Shown one piece after another: positions 20,057 to 30,054 of a stretch of DNA of 64,000 nucleotides; the first letter of the stretch is position 1, and every line of letters starts with the position of its first letter. The position numbers and the translations under genes are program-made. The notes under the pieces were generated by a model. That model did no database searches and was not told the DNA's origin. It saw only the letters and a list, made by a program, of their open reading frames with translations. This DNA comes from Alphaproteobacteria bacterium (GTDB taxonomy: Bacteria > Pseudomonadota > Alphaproteobacteria > JAUHZC01), in the NCBI GenBank assembly GCA_030425805.1, contig JAUHZC010000003.1, positions 701-64,700 of the forward strand, read 5' to 3'.

Positions 20057-21484
20057 ATGGCAGAAGTCCTCACTCCAGATATTTGTGTCATTGGCGCAGG
20101 CTCTGGCGGCCTCAGCGTCGCTGTGGCTATGGTCCAGATGGGTGCCGAGGTGGTTCTTGTTGAAAAAGGGAAAATGGGTGGAGACTGTTTGAATACAGGT
20201 TGTGTTCCCTCCAAGTCTCTCCTTGCCAGCGCACACCAAGCACATGCTTTAAAATCCCTTACAGACTTTGGCTTTGAGAATATTTCTCAGGATGTAGATA
20301 TGAAGAAAATTCATGATCGCATTCATAGAGTTATTGGGAAAATTGCCCCTCACGACTCCCAAAAAAGGATGGAAAGTCTTGGTATTCAAATTATTCGAGC
20401 CAAAGGCCAATTCGTGGATACCCAAACACTGAAGGCTGGGCAAAAGTTTATCCGCGCAAAACGCTTTGTGCTCGCAACGGGATCTTCTCCAATTATCCCA
20501 CCGATTGATGGGCTCAAAGATGTGCCTTATTTCACCAATGAAACTATTTTTGATAACCAGGAGTTTTTGCCTCACCTCATTGTTATTGGAGGAGGTCCTA
20601 TTGGCCTTGAAATGGCTCAAGCCCATGCTCGGCTAGGATCAAATGTCACAATTGTTGCACGAAGTCAAATCCTGCCAAAAGACGATCCTGAGGCCGTTGA
20701 GATCATACGCCAATCTTTGATTGAAGAAGGCTTAGATGTTCGAGAGGCAACTCATGTTATTCAGGTGAAAAAAAATAGAAAACGCCTTGAAGTTGTTGTC
20801 GAGACCAATGGCGTTACAGAAACACTTGTTGGAAGCCATATTCTTGTTGCAACGGGCCGCAAGCCCAATGTTTCTGATCTGGATCTAGAAGCCGCAAGTA
20901 TCGATTACACCCCCCGAGGGGTAAAAACCAATAGCAAGCTCCAAACAACCAATAAACGGGTCTATGGTGTAGGAGACGTGATTGGATCCCCTTATTTCAC
21001 ACACCTTGCAAATTACCATGCAGGGGTTGTTATTCGAAATTTCCTATCTCCCATCAAAACAAGTGTTGATATGAAAGCCTTACCTTGGGTCACATACACT
21101 GATCCCGAAATTGCTCATGTGGGACTCAGCGAAAGTGATGCAAGAAAAGGACGCTACTCTCATCGTGTTTTGACATGGCCTTTTGAAGGAAATGACCGTG
21201 CGCAAGCAGAGGGAAAAACACAGGGACTTCTCAAAGCTATCGTAAGCCCACGTGGAAAAATCTTAGGGTGTACAATTGTTGGCCCACATGCAGGTGAACT
21301 TTTGCAACCTTGGTGTTTGGGGGTCCAAAAAGGTCTCAATATTAAAGATTTTGCTTCTATGATTGTCCCCTATCCGACTTTGTCAGAAATTACAAAAAGG
21401 GCGGCAGGAAGCTTCTATACTCCTAAGCTCTTTAGCAAAACAGCACGACTTTGGACACGTATCATGATGGCTTTAAAGAGGTAA
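20057..21484 (+). CDS. Pyridine nucleotide-disulfide oxidoreductase (dihydrolipoyl dehydrogenase/MerA-like)
   Basis: GAGSGG, GGDCLNTGCVPSK, GGGPIG; C-terminal PYPT. Confidence 0.88.
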   Translation: MAEVLTPDICVIGAGSGGLSVAVAMVQMGAEVVLVEKGKMGGDCLNTGCVPSKSLLASAHQAHALKSLTDFGFENISQDVDMKKIHDRIHRVIGKIAPHDSQKRMESLGIQIIRAKGQFVDTQTLKAGQKFIRAKRFVLATGSSPIIPPIDGLKDVPYFTNETIFDNQEFLPHLIVIGGGPIGLEMAQAHARLGSNVTIVARSQILPKDDPEAVEIIRQSLIEEGLDVREATHVIQVKKNRKRLEVVVETNGVTETLVGSHILVATGRKPNVSDLDLEAASIDYTPRGVKTNSKLQTTNKRVYGVGDVIGSPYFTHLANYHAGVVIRNFLSPIKTSVDMKALPWVTYTDPEIAHVGLSESDARKGRYSHRVLTWPFEGNDRAQAEGKTQGLLKAIVSPRGKILGCTIVGPHAGELLQPWCLGVQKGLNIKDFASMIVPYPTLSEITKRAAGSFYTPKLFSKTARLWTRIMMALKR

Positions 21485-21490
21485 AGACTG

Positions 21491-22177
21491 ATGAAACTCC
21501 AGCGTTTCTTACCTCTTCTGATTCTCGTGATTGCAATGATTTTTGTTTTTGTCTTTGGTCTCGATGATTATCTCACATTTCAAAGCCTCAAAAATCACCG
21601 AGATTTTTTGAAGAGAGCCGTCCAAGAAGCCTTCTGGCCAACCCTTATCGTCTACGGCCTTACATACATTATCGCCATTGCGCTCTCTCTCCCAGGAGGA
21701 GCCATTCTGACAATCACGGGAGGGTTTCTCTTTGGTCAAATGATTGGAACTATCTCCGTCGTCATGTGTGCAACATTGGGTGCAACCCTGCTCTTTATCA
21801 TTGCCCGCTATAGCGCCCATGATTTGATGAAAGAAAAAGCAGGACCTTGGCTCCAAAAACTCTCAGCTGGTTTTCAGAAAAATGCCTTCTCCTACTTGCT
21901 GATGCTCCGACTTGTTCCGCTTTTCCCCTTCTTTGTTGTAAATCTGGTCCCTGCTCTTCTGAATGTCCGTCTCTATACCTTTGTAGCAGCAACAGCCGTT
22001 GGTATTATCCCAGGAACGTTTGTCTATATTTCTGTGGGCGTCGGGCTGAATAGTATCTTTGCAAGCGGTGATGAGCTGCAGTTTGGCTCCATCCTCACAC
22101 CAGAAATGCTTATAGCTCTCACAGGACTGGGACTTTTGTCTCTCATTCCTGTCATATATAAGCGCTTGAAAGGTTGA
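21491..22177 (+). CDS. TVP38/TMEM64 (DedA superfamily) membrane protein
   Basis: LPGGAILTITGGFLFG, LRLVPLFPF, GIIPGT. Confidence 0.9.
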   Translation: MKLQRFLPLLILVIAMIFVFVFGLDDYLTFQSLKNHRDFLKRAVQEAFWPTLIVYGLTYIIAIALSLPGGAILTITGGFLFGQMIGTISVVMCATLGATLLFIIARYSAHDLMKEKAGPWLQKLSAGFQKNAFSYLLMLRLVPLFPFFVVNLVPALLNVRLYTFVAATAVGIIPGTFVYISVGVGLNSIFASGDELQFGSILTPEMLIALTGLGLLSLIPVIYKRLKG

Positions 22178-22229
22178 TCCAAATTCCAACCTGGACTAGA
22201 ATGAGGGAATATTTTTCAAGGACTTTCCC

Positions 22230-23165
22230 ATGGCACTCAATGCACTCCAGAAGCAAGAAGTTGATTCTCTTTCAGAGACATTTCCGACCCGGCGACCTGT
22301 GGTTGAAAGCCTGGAAGAGAAACTTTATACCCCTCAAAAAGTTCTTGATCACGGATTTGTCCGGATCATTGATTATATGGGAGATGATACAGCAATCGTT
22401 CAAGCAGCGCGCGTGTCCTATGGGAAGGGAACAAAACAAACCTCCCAAGACCGAGGGTTGATTCGCTATCTCATGCGGCATCGCCACTCCACACCTTTTG
22501 AAATGTGCGAAATTAAGTTCCACATCAAACTCCCTATTTTTATTGCCCGACAATGGATCCGCCACCGGACAGCAAATGTAAACGAGTACTCTGCACGGTA
22601 CTCCATTCTCTCTAAAGAATTTTATATGCCTGAACCAGCACAGCTTGGCACCCAATCTAAAAGCAACAACCAAGGTCGTGCAAATGTCCTCCAAGGAGCA
22701 GAGGCTGCACGCGTCTTTGAGCTTCTCAAAGAAGATGCAGAGCGTTGCTACAGCCACTATGAAGAAATGCTGAATGAAACGGCTGATGGAAATGTGATTG
22801 ATGAAAATCGCCAGGGTCTTGCACGGGAGCTTGCCCGCATGAACCTTACCATGAACATGTATACGGAGTGGTATTGGAAGATTGATCTTCATAATCTTTT
22901 CCATTTCCTATCCTTGCGGGCAGATTCTCATGCTCAGTATGAGATTCGGGCTTATGCAGATGTTATGCTGGAAATGGTTAAAGAGTGGGTTCCTTATGCC
23001 TACGAGGCCTTTGAAGAATATCGCCTTCACGGGGCTCATCTCTCCCGGACAGGAATTGAGATTGTCTCCCGTGCCTTGAAAGGTGAGAAAATCACACAGG
23101 AAAACAGTGGGTTAACACCCCGGGAGTGGCGTGAACTGGCTGCTTTACTCCCTCTAGAAAACTAA
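22230..23165 (+). CDS. thyX: FAD-dependent thymidylate synthase
   Basis: ThyX motif [27 protein letters not shown]. Confidence 0.97.
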   Translation: MALNALQKQEVDSLSETFPTRRPVVESLEEKLYTPQKVLDHGFVRIIDYMGDDTAIVQAARVSYGKGTKQTSQDRGLIRYLMRHRHSTPFEMCEIKFHIKLPIFIARQWIRHRTANVNEYSARYSILSKEFYMPEPAQLGTQSKSNNQGRANVLQGAEAARVFELLKEDAERCYSHYEEMLNETADGNVIDENRQGLARELARMNLTMNMYTEWYWKIDLHNLFHFLSLRADSHAQYEIRAYADVMLEMVKEWVPYAYEAFEEYRLHGAHLSRTGIEIVSRALKGEKITQENSGLTPREWRELAALLPLEN

Positions 23166-23234
23166 AGTAAAAAGAAGCATCACTTGAAATTGTCTTAGGA
23201 AAAGACTAAAACTAATATTAAGTTAAGGTGTTTA

Positions 23235-23693
23235 ATGGTGGATGAGTTAAATTACGACCTCATGGTACAAGAAGCGCTCCGCCGGATTGTGCGGGATGCC
23301 TTGACTGTTGTCCAAAATCATGGACTTGCAGACAATCATCATTTCTACATTACCTTCCGTACCAACCGAAGTGATGTGAGCCTCCCCCCCTACTTACGGG
23401 AAAAACACCCTGAAGATATTACTATTGTTCTTCAGCATCAATTTTATGACCTCGCTGTTTATGAGAACCACTTTGAGGTCACGCTTAGTTTTAATGACAA
23501 ACATGAGCGCTTGAAAGTTCCCTACGGAGCGATTACAAGCTTTATGGATCCTTCCGTAAAATTTGGTCTTCAGTTTGTGCCACAAGCTGAAAACTATGCT
23601 ATGGATCCAAAAAACCCCACCCCCGAAGGGGCAGGGCCTACGTCTAGTAAGGTCGTTGACCTGGCTGCGTTTCGCCAACGCCGGGGATCTTAA
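23235..23693 (+). CDS. sspB: ClpXP adaptor SspB (alphaproteobacterial type)
   Basis: HHFYITFRT, ITIVLQHQF, DPSVKFGLQF, C-terminal VVDLAAFRQR. Confidence 0.88.
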   Translation: MVDELNYDLMVQEALRRIVRDALTVVQNHGLADNHHFYITFRTNRSDVSLPPYLREKHPEDITIVLQHQFYDLAVYENHFEVTLSFNDKHERLKVPYGAITSFMDPSVKFGLQFVPQAENYAMDPKNPTPEGAGPTSSKVVDLAAFRQRRGS

Positions 23694-24598
23694 CCGTCCG
23701 TTGGAGCAGCAGCAGCGGCAGCAGCGCCTAAGGTGCCCGAAGCATCAACGTCAATAGCTTCTGCGGCGGCAACTCCTTCATCGTCATCGTCTCCACCACC
23801 TTCTTCAACAGCCATAACTTCGGCAGCAGCTGCCACAAGAATTGTGAGTGCCGCTGAAGCCTTAGCTGTAGCTGCTTCAATATCCTCAGCTGTCCAACCA
23901 TCGTGAGGTGTTGGGTCAGCCAATGCACCCCCTAGATCATCTAGTTCATCTTTTAGAGCTGTAATTTTTCCGAATTTTACTTTTGCAACTTCTACAAGAG
24001 CTGTAAGAGTCTGCATGAGCTTCCCAAACTTTTCTAGCTTCCCTTCTGGGGGACCTGCAGCTTTTACTGTATTCACTATCTTCCCAACAGTATTAAGGAA
24101 AAGCTCCAAACTTGCACCATTTTTGCCACGTAAGTCCTCCAACTGTTCCATTACTGTCTCTGCAGTCTCCGCTGCTGATGTTGCTTTTTTTATGCCATCA
24201 TCAATACCGTCAAGAACTCCATTCAAGTCCCTCAATGCTGCCGCTTGTTCTTCTGTTAATAAACCAAGTTCCCCAAGCATTCTTTCTACAGATGTGACGA
24301 GCCCTCTCACTCTCACAAAGCCTCTTTGTGCTGCAGTCGCTGCATGACGTGCAGCCTCAACAGCAGAATCAAGATTATCCCAGACAACAACTGCAGCAGC
24401 CTGTGCCCCTCCACAGCACCTAGCAATCCACCCTAAACATCCTGTTGGGGCAGGTAGCTCCCTCGTAAGATGTTCCTCCTTCGGGATTTCCTTCATTGCC
24501 TCTCGAAGCGGAGCTGAGTCTGAAACATCTGCCCCATAACCAGGCATTGAATAAACGCTCCCAAGTAATAGACAAACAAAAGTTGAAACCTTTTTCAT
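23690..24598 (-). CDS. Hypothetical exported Ala-rich helical protein
   Basis: 302-aa ORF with signal peptide, CxxWxxxCC motif, helical core and acidic/Ala tail. Confidence 0.75.
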   Translation of the reverse strand: MKKVSTFVCLLLGSVYSMPGYGADVSDSAPLREAMKEIPKEEHLTRELPAPTGCLGWIARCCGGAQAAAVVVWDNLDSAVEAARHAATAAQRGFVRVRGLVTSVERMLGELGLLTEEQAAALRDLNGVLDGIDDGIKKATSAAETAETVMEQLEDLRGKNGASLELFLNTVGKIVNTVKAAGPPEGKLEKFGKLMQTLTALVEVAKVKFGKITALKDELDDLGGALADPTPHDGWTAEDIEAATAKASAALTILVAAAAEVMAVEEGGGDDDDEGVAAAEAIDVDASGTLGAAAAAAAPTDG

Positions 24599-24645
24599 AA
24601 GATATGTCCTTCATTATTTTCAATTTTATCTGAGCGCAGAAATTA

Positions 24646-24661
24646 TTAACAAAACGTTAAC
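24646..24661. promoter_or_regulatory. CtrA-type site TTAA-N7-TTAAC
   Basis: TTAACAAAACGTTAAC in the divergent intergenic region. Confidence 0.45.
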
Positions 24662-24836
24662 GCCCCTGGACATTTGCTGAAAAAGCAAAAAAAGGTTTCT
24701 TTCTTGGCTCAAGAATGGTACAAAATGGGAAGTTTTAAATGCATTTAAGGATGCTGTTGGGTTTTGTACGTACTCTCGCAACTTCTAGTAAAAGCAAGTT
24801 TTGGGTGCCATTACTCAAGTTAAAAGGAAATATAAA

Positions 24837-25685
24837 GTGTCTTCTCTAGTGGCGTCTTCCCTTCATAAAGATACAATTTATCCTGACTTTTCCTCTCTTT
24901 CAGCAGGATCACTCAAAGTCAAATTGGCAGACACAGAAGAGGAGGTTCAGGCTTCCCAACGGCTCCGCTATACCGTTTTTTACGAAGAACTTGGTGCCAA
25001 AGGAAATCCCAAGATTCTCCATGAGAAAAGAGATTTTGATGAATATGATGACCTTTGTGATCATATTCTTGTTATTGATACAGAGAGTAACAACAAAGTT
25101 GTTGGGACTTATCGGGTGCTTCTTTCAGAAACAGCGCGTCGGGCTGGCGTCCCCATGTACACAGAGACTGAGTTCGATCTCTCAGGCCTCCATGGAGAAG
25201 ATAAAATCATCATGGAGACCAGCCGCAGCTGTGTTCTTGAGGCTTACCGCAACAAGATGATCGTCAATCTTCTATGGCAAGCTATTTCCCAGTATGCCAT
25301 TGCAAACGGAGTGACCTACCTTGTTGGTGTGCCAAGTTTCCACGGAACAGATCCAGAGGAATATGCGGAAGCTCTGGCTTATTTGTACGAGAATCACCAA
25401 GCCGATCCTGCTCTGAATCTCTGTGCCCGTAAAGATCTTGCAGGCACTTTAGAATCTGCTTCTTATCCAAAAAAGAAGTGCTCTCTCTCATCTGCCCGGG
25501 AAATTACAGCTGCCCTTCCTCCTTTAGTCAAAGGGTATATTCGACTGGGGGCAAAGGTAAGCCAAAACCTGGTTATTGACCGTCAGTTTAACACTGTTGA
25601 TGTTTGCATCATTGTAGATGCTCAAGACCAGCAAAACGACTATGTTTCTTACTATCACCGTAAAGCAGAAAAAAACGAGGGCTAG
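24837..25685 (+). CDS. olsB: GNAT N-acyltransferase, ornithine lipid OlsB-like
   Basis: QRLRYTVFYEE, DEYDDLCDH, VVGTYRV, ETSRSCV, LPPLVKGYIRLGA, DRQFNTVD. GTG start at 24837 chosen; ORF is open from TTG 24801. Confidence 0.8.
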   Translation: MSSLVASSLHKDTIYPDFSSLSAGSLKVKLADTEEEVQASQRLRYTVFYEELGAKGNPKILHEKRDFDEYDDLCDHILVIDTESNNKVVGTYRVLLSETARRAGVPMYTETEFDLSGLHGEDKIIMETSRSCVLEAYRNKMIVNLLWQAISQYAIANGVTYLVGVPSFHGTDPEEYAEALAYLYENHQADPALNLCARKDLAGTLESASYPKKKCSLSSAREITAALPPLVKGYIRLGAKVSQNLVIDRQFNTVDVCIIVDAQDQQNDYVSYYHRKAEKNEG

Positions 25686-26531
25686 ATGCGCCTTTATTTC
25701 AATATTTTTATGTTTTTTCTGCTTTCAATTTTGATGACAATTGTTCATTGTCCTCTTTTATTGATTCCGGTCTATAAACGTAAGTATTTTTGGTTTATTC
25801 CAAAACTCTGGCACCAAGCTATGTGTTGGTGCATGAATATTAAGATACAAATCCATGGCCTAAAACAGCCTAACAGCTTCTTTATGAATTCGCCTACGAT
25901 TTTTGTCTCAAACCATATCGGTGTTGGTGATATTGAAATTTTAGGGGGCAGTCTCCCGATTAATTTCGTTTCTAAAGCAGAAGTAAAGCACTGGCCTATC
26001 TTTGGTCTTCTGGCGATGTTCCAACGTACTCTTTTCATAGAACGGGAGAAATCTCAAGCTGCACTGCAACGGGATATGCTCGAGAAGCGCTTGAAAGCTG
26101 GAGGAGCGCCTCTCCTCTTTTTCCCTGAAGGAACGACATCAAATGGCGCAGAAGTTCTTCCCTTTAAGTCCCCCTTATTCGAAGTCACAAAGAATTTTGA
26201 GGCCTCGATGGGAGAGCCTGTCCGCATTATCCCTCTGACCCTTTTTTACTCTCACTTTGATGGGGAGCTCCTTGATTCCCAAGAAAAGCGGGATCGCATT
26301 GCCTATTATGGGGATCTTCCCCTCCCTCCCCACCTTAAAGCACTCATGAGTGGTAAGGGCATTACGGTTCACCTACATATTCACCCTCCTCTTTCTTCCC
26401 AGGGAAAAAACCGCAAACAGCTTGCCCAAGAGACAGAACTTGCAATTCGTACAAGTTTTCGCAAGCTCCAAGCGCGCTTCAAAACCCTTCCTCAGGAAGA
26501 AGCTGAGGAAGAAATCGCTAAAGCCTCTTAG
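25686..26531 (+). CDS. olsA: Lysophospholipid/lyso-ornithine lipid O-acyltransferase (OlsA-like)
   Basis: NHxxxxD (NHIGVGD), FVSKAEV, FFPEGTTS; follows the olsB-like gene. Confidence 0.75.
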   Translation: MRLYFNIFMFFLLSILMTIVHCPLLLIPVYKRKYFWFIPKLWHQAMCWCMNIKIQIHGLKQPNSFFMNSPTIFVSNHIGVGDIEILGGSLPINFVSKAEVKHWPIFGLLAMFQRTLFIEREKSQAALQRDMLEKRLKAGGAPLLFFPEGTTSNGAEVLPFKSPLFEVTKNFEASMGEPVRIIPLTLFYSHFDGELLDSQEKRDRIAYYGDLPLPPHLKALMSGKGITVHLHIHPPLSSQGKNRKQLAQETELAIRTSFRKLQARFKTLPQEEAEEEIAKAS

Positions 26532-26550
26532 TTATTTGCTCACAAACACT

Positions 26551-26800
26551 TGTGAATAACTTTTCTAATTTTTTAGCCAATTTAAAAATCTATTTGTTTA
26601 TAAGGTATTACTGAATCCTTAACGAGAAACCCTTACTAAATAAAGGTTTATCCTTAAAGTGTTGATTTTGCTTGTTTTTTTGGAATCAATACTTTTTTTC
26701 ATCATAAAACAAAAAAAAATTCTATTAACGTCTTGACATAGAGTATGCCTTGTTTTCCACAAAACCCTGTGGATAACTTTGGGGATAAATCTTGGGATAA
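26551..26800. promoter_or_regulatory. DnaA-box cluster with IHF consensus site
   Basis: TGTGAATAA 26551, TTTTCCACA 26753, TGTGGATAA 26768, TGGGGATAA 26780, TTGGGATAA 26792; minus-strand AATCAACACTTTA at 26655-26667. Confidence 0.7.
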
Positions 26801-26925
26801 AACCATTCATTTTTTAACCCTCTCTTTTTAAAGGATTTATCAAATCCCAAATCGAAGGGATTAAATCTATTAATGAAAAAAACCTTTTCTTTCTGCAAGG
26901 TTTTTGATATCAATGGGTTCAGTGT

Positions 26926-27001
26926 TCCCCGGTAGCTCAGTTGGTAGAGCAAGTGGCTGTTAACCACTGGGTCGGCGGTTCGAGTCCGTCCCGGGGAGCC
27001 A
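26926..27001 (+). tRNA. tRNA-Asn(GTT)
   Basis: TCCCCGG/CCGGGGA acceptor stem, CTGTTAA anticodon loop, GGTTCGAGTCC, encoded CCA. Confidence 0.97.
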
Positions 27002-27018
27002 TTAAGATTATTATTCCC

Positions 27019-27942
27019 ATGTATACAGTTGCTGCTCTTTATAAATTCTTTCCCTTCCCTGATTATCAAGAGGCCCAAGAGTCTCTAAAAGCCCTCTGTG
27101 ATACTCACGGTATCAAGGGAACACTTCTCCTTGCGACGGAGGGAATCAATGGGACTGTCGCTGGGACCGAAGAAGCTATTGATGCCCTTAAGGCTTACCT
27201 TGAACAAAAAGGCTATTTTGAAGGAATGTCCTTTAAACTTTCCACAGCTGAAGACATGCCCTTTTATCGAATGAAAGTTCGGTTAAAAAAAGAGATTGTG
27301 ACCTTGGGTCAACCTTTAGCTGACCCCCTCAAAGCTGTTGGACGCTATGTTGAAGCCGATGAATGGAATGAGTTGATCGCTGATCCGGACACGGTTGTCG
27401 TTGACACGCGTAATGACTATGAGGTCAAGTTGGGTACCTTTAAGGGTGCTTCAAACCCCAAAACCCAAACTTTTCGAGAATTCCCAGAATACGTTGAGAA
27501 AGAGCTTGGGGATAAGAAAAAAAAGCGGGTTGCCATGTTCTGTACAGGTGGCATTCGGTGTGAAAAATCGACGGCTTATCTTCTTGAACAAGGATTTGAA
27601 GAAGTGTACCACCTCAAAGATGGCATTTTGAAATATTTAGAGACTGTCCCTCCCCATCAATCTTTGTGGGAAGGTGAGTGTTTTGTTTTTGACCAGCGTG
27701 TCACAGTTGGCCATGGTCTGGAGGAAGGCACCGCGAAGCTATGTTATGCCTGCCAAGCTCCTGTTTCAGATGAAGAGCAAAAAGATACACGTTACGTACC
27801 TGGCGTGTCCTGCCCTTCCTGTCACGGAAAGAGGAGTGATTCCCAAGTTTCCCGCGCTACAGAGCGACAAAAACAACAAGAGCTTGCCAGAAAGCGCGGA
27901 GACTCTCATATTGGCCAAAAATTGAGCCGCCATTCTCACTAG
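27019..27942 (+). CDS. trhO: Rhodanese-domain tRNA uridine(34) hydroxylase TrhO/YceA
   Basis: Start moved to ATG 27019 after the t[35 protein letters not shown]. Confidence 0.92.
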   Translation: MYTVAALYKFFPFPDYQEAQESLKALCDTHGIKGTLLLATEGINGTVAGTEEAIDALKAYLEQKGYFEGMSFKLSTAEDMPFYRMKVRLKKEIVTLGQPLADPLKAVGRYVEADEWNELIADPDTVVVDTRNDYEVKLGTFKGASNPKTQTFREFPEYVEKELGDKKKKRVAMFCTGGIRCEKSTAYLLEQGFEEVYHLKDGILKYLETVPPHQSLWEGECFVFDQRVTVGHGLEEGTAKLCYACQAPVSDEEQKDTRYVPGVSCPSCHGKRSDSQVSRATERQKQQELARKRGDSHIGQKLSRHSH

Positions 27943-27945
27943 GCT

Positions 27946-29082
27946 TTACCTTACAGCCCCTCTCAAAAAGGGCTCAGCCCTCACAGATCCCCTTTTAAGA
28001 TAAAGTTGGAAATGCTTACGCTCTGCCTGTGGATCCTGAACAACGATGTGGTCTGGAACAGGGTCAGCATGACAGCGGCAATGATGTTTCTCTCCAGGCA
28101 GGAAATCAGGAGGATTTTCTCTTGAATAGACTTTTCCCTCTCTTTCCAGATGTTCCATCCGCACTTTTTTGTCCATCTTCGTACGCCAGATAAAGTACGC
28201 CTTATTCTTTCCCCACTGATAAGCCTCTTTACCTTGGGATTGAGGGGAGATTCTGGTCTTACCAATCTCTGCCTGCTGGATCCCATAAGAAAGGGCATGT
28301 GTTGGTTTTGTATAAGTCGGGCATTGATAGGAAGCAAGGAGTGCAGCCTCAGCATCCCGGCGATTCTGAAGGCTAGGATCTCGCTTTACATTCGATCGTT
28401 CCTTCACCTCCCTCACCGCACCCTGAAGATAGGAAGTCTTACCCGTTTTGACATAGTTCCGGATAAGTTGGCAGAAAGTTGTTTTTCCATTGGCTAACTC
28501 AGGATGATTAAAATAAAGACTCAAGATTGTCATTTTTTCATTAGCCCGGAGTCTTTTCCAATCAGGACCATAGATATTGCAGACTTCCTGATACCGGGTT
28601 TGGATAGAATCTTTATAAGCCAAGGTGACCTGTTCATCGGTTAGGTTTTTCTCACCATAGTAGACCTTCTTCATCAGACCAGGCTCTTTGAAAAGCTGGT
28701 CATAATAAAGTTGGGTCTTTTCTTCGTTGATGTTTAACCCGATACCGACCGTGCAAATTGGTAATTGTTTATATTTTGCAAAACAAATTTCCTCTAATTG
28801 GTCACGCCTTTCTTGGCCCAAAGCATAGAATTTTTTGGAGGAGATATACTGTGTTTTCTTATCAGGATCTGGAATACCATCCAAATAGGCTTCATTGCGA
28901 CAACCTTCAACGGTGGTGATAAAAAACTTAAGCCGATCGAAAAAAATATCATCCTCTAAATCATGAACACTCTGAGCAGAATAGTTATGTATTGAATCCC
29001 GCAGTATTTCTGAAATCCGGGTTTTTTGACGGTCCCCCAAGAAACTTCCCCTTGTGTTTTTTATAAAGGTAAATTTTCTCAA
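27946..29082 (-). CDS. T4/phage-type lysozyme-like domain fused to C-terminal phage MuF/SPP1-gp7-like motif domain
   Basis: EGCRNEAYLD...TVGIG...NRRDAEAALL, then YFIWRTKMDKKVRMEH...PGEKHHCRC. TTG start is uncertain. Confidence 0.72.
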   Translation of the reverse strand: MRKFTFIKNTRGSFLGDRQKTRISEILRDSIHNYSAQSVHDLEDDIFFDRLKFFITTVEGCRNEAYLDGIPDPDKKTQYISSKKFYALGQERRDQLEEICFAKYKQLPICTVGIGLNINEEKTQLYYDQLFKEPGLMKKVYYGEKNLTDEQVTLAYKDSIQTRYQEVCNIYGPDWKRLRANEKMTILSLYFNHPELANGKTTFCQLIRNYVKTGKTSYLQGAVREVKERSNVKRDPSLQNRRDAEAALLASYQCPTYTKPTHALSYGIQQAEIGKTRISPQSQGKEAYQWGKNKAYFIWRTKMDKKVRMEHLEREGKVYSRENPPDFLPGEKHHCRCHADPVPDHIVVQDPQAERKHFQLYLKRGSVRAEPFLRGAVR

Positions 29083-29144
29083 AGTGTTTTGTCAAAGGAG
29101 ATAAGCACTTTTTCGTGATGAAATTACACCAATTTTACACACCC

Positions 29145-30014
29145 CTATTTATATTCAAAGGCACCAAAGGGAATGTGGTATAAACCCCGCATAGCAAAAT
29201 CCTCGGCTTTTTCTTTCGGGTAATTCCTTTTCAACCAATATGATGTTAATACTGCTTTTGCTTTTTCATAGCGCGGCAAAATACGACGATAGATTTTCTT
29301 GTTATAAGCACTTTTCTTTCCCCAACTTTCATAGGGGCGTAGAGATTTATCGGGTACTGGTGGAAGGCCCCATGGTGCAACATGCGTGAGGACAAAATTG
29401 CGGCTGTAAGTTTTGATAAAATAGTAATACATTGTTCCGTCTTTATCAGGATTAGGAAAATTTTTCCCATATGCCTGTTTTGAAACTTCCAGATATTCAT
29501 CCAGTTCACGATAGGGGTAAGGGATATCCTTGTCGTAATCGTCAGGGATAATAATGCCCACGATACCAATATCACGCGTACATCCAAATCTAGGTCTCGT
29601 TGCCTCAACAAGCCCCGGAAATTTTTCTAAATCTTCTGGTGAAAGTGCAAAATGTCGATGATAGCCGCCATATGCGATGGTTGTCACAAGGCTTTTATCC
29701 GTACCATCATAAGCCATAGGGTCCCCAAACTCATATATGCTGAGTCCTCTCTCTACAGGAACAGAATTGTGAATTTTCTGCTGCAATCGTAAAATTTCAC
29801 CAAATTCATCCTGTGTTTTGGCGGGTTTACTATGAAGATCAAGTATTCTCCGTAAAATTTCCTGCACTTCCTCAATAGAGAGGGTAACTTCATTTGATAA
29901 AGAATTTTTTCCTCTTTCCTGATTGCACTCCCCTCGAACAGAGGAACTACACAAGAGTAGCAGCACTGCAAAAGTGAGCAAAAATAAACTTTTTGGAGAT
30001 AAGAATTTTTTCAT
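29145..30014 (-). CDS. Hypothetical exported protein
   Basis: Likely start ATG 30014 gives signal peptide MKKFLSPKSLFLLTFAVLLLLCSSSVRG; no family recognised. Confidence 0.75.
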   Translation of the reverse strand: MKKFLSPKSLFLLTFAVLLLLCSSSVRGECNQERGKNSLSNEVTLSIEEVQEILRRILDLHSKPAKTQDEFGEILRLQQKIHNSVPVERGLSIYEFGDPMAYDGTDKSLVTTIAYGGYHRHFALSPEDLEKFPGLVEATRPRFGCTRDIGIVGIIIPDDYDKDIPYPYRELDEYLEVSKQAYGKNFPNPDKDGTMYYYFIKTYSRNFVLTHVAPWGLPPVPDKSLRPYESWGKKSAYNKKIYRRILPRYEKAKAVLTSYWLKRNYPKEKAEDFAMRGLYHIPFGAFEYK

Positions 30015-30054
30015 AATATATCTTTCTAAGTATAAAATCATAATTGATATCAGG

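Noticed and set aside
20057..21484. Mercuric reductase merA
   Set aside because: No C-terminal Cys-Cys pair and no mer operon; pairing with TVP38 is a common arrangement.
22272..22904. Long antisense ORFs (also 39438-39974, 41480-42010, 53447-53920)
   Set aside because: Opposite well-conserved genes and without recognisable motifs.
26941..27018. N-terminal extension of the trhO ORF in the track
   Set aside because: It overlaps tRNA-Asn; the real start is ATG 27019.
26619..27078. Minus-strand ORFs with YPQ repeats (also 63578-63844)
   Set aside because: They arise from translating DnaA boxes and tRNA sequence.
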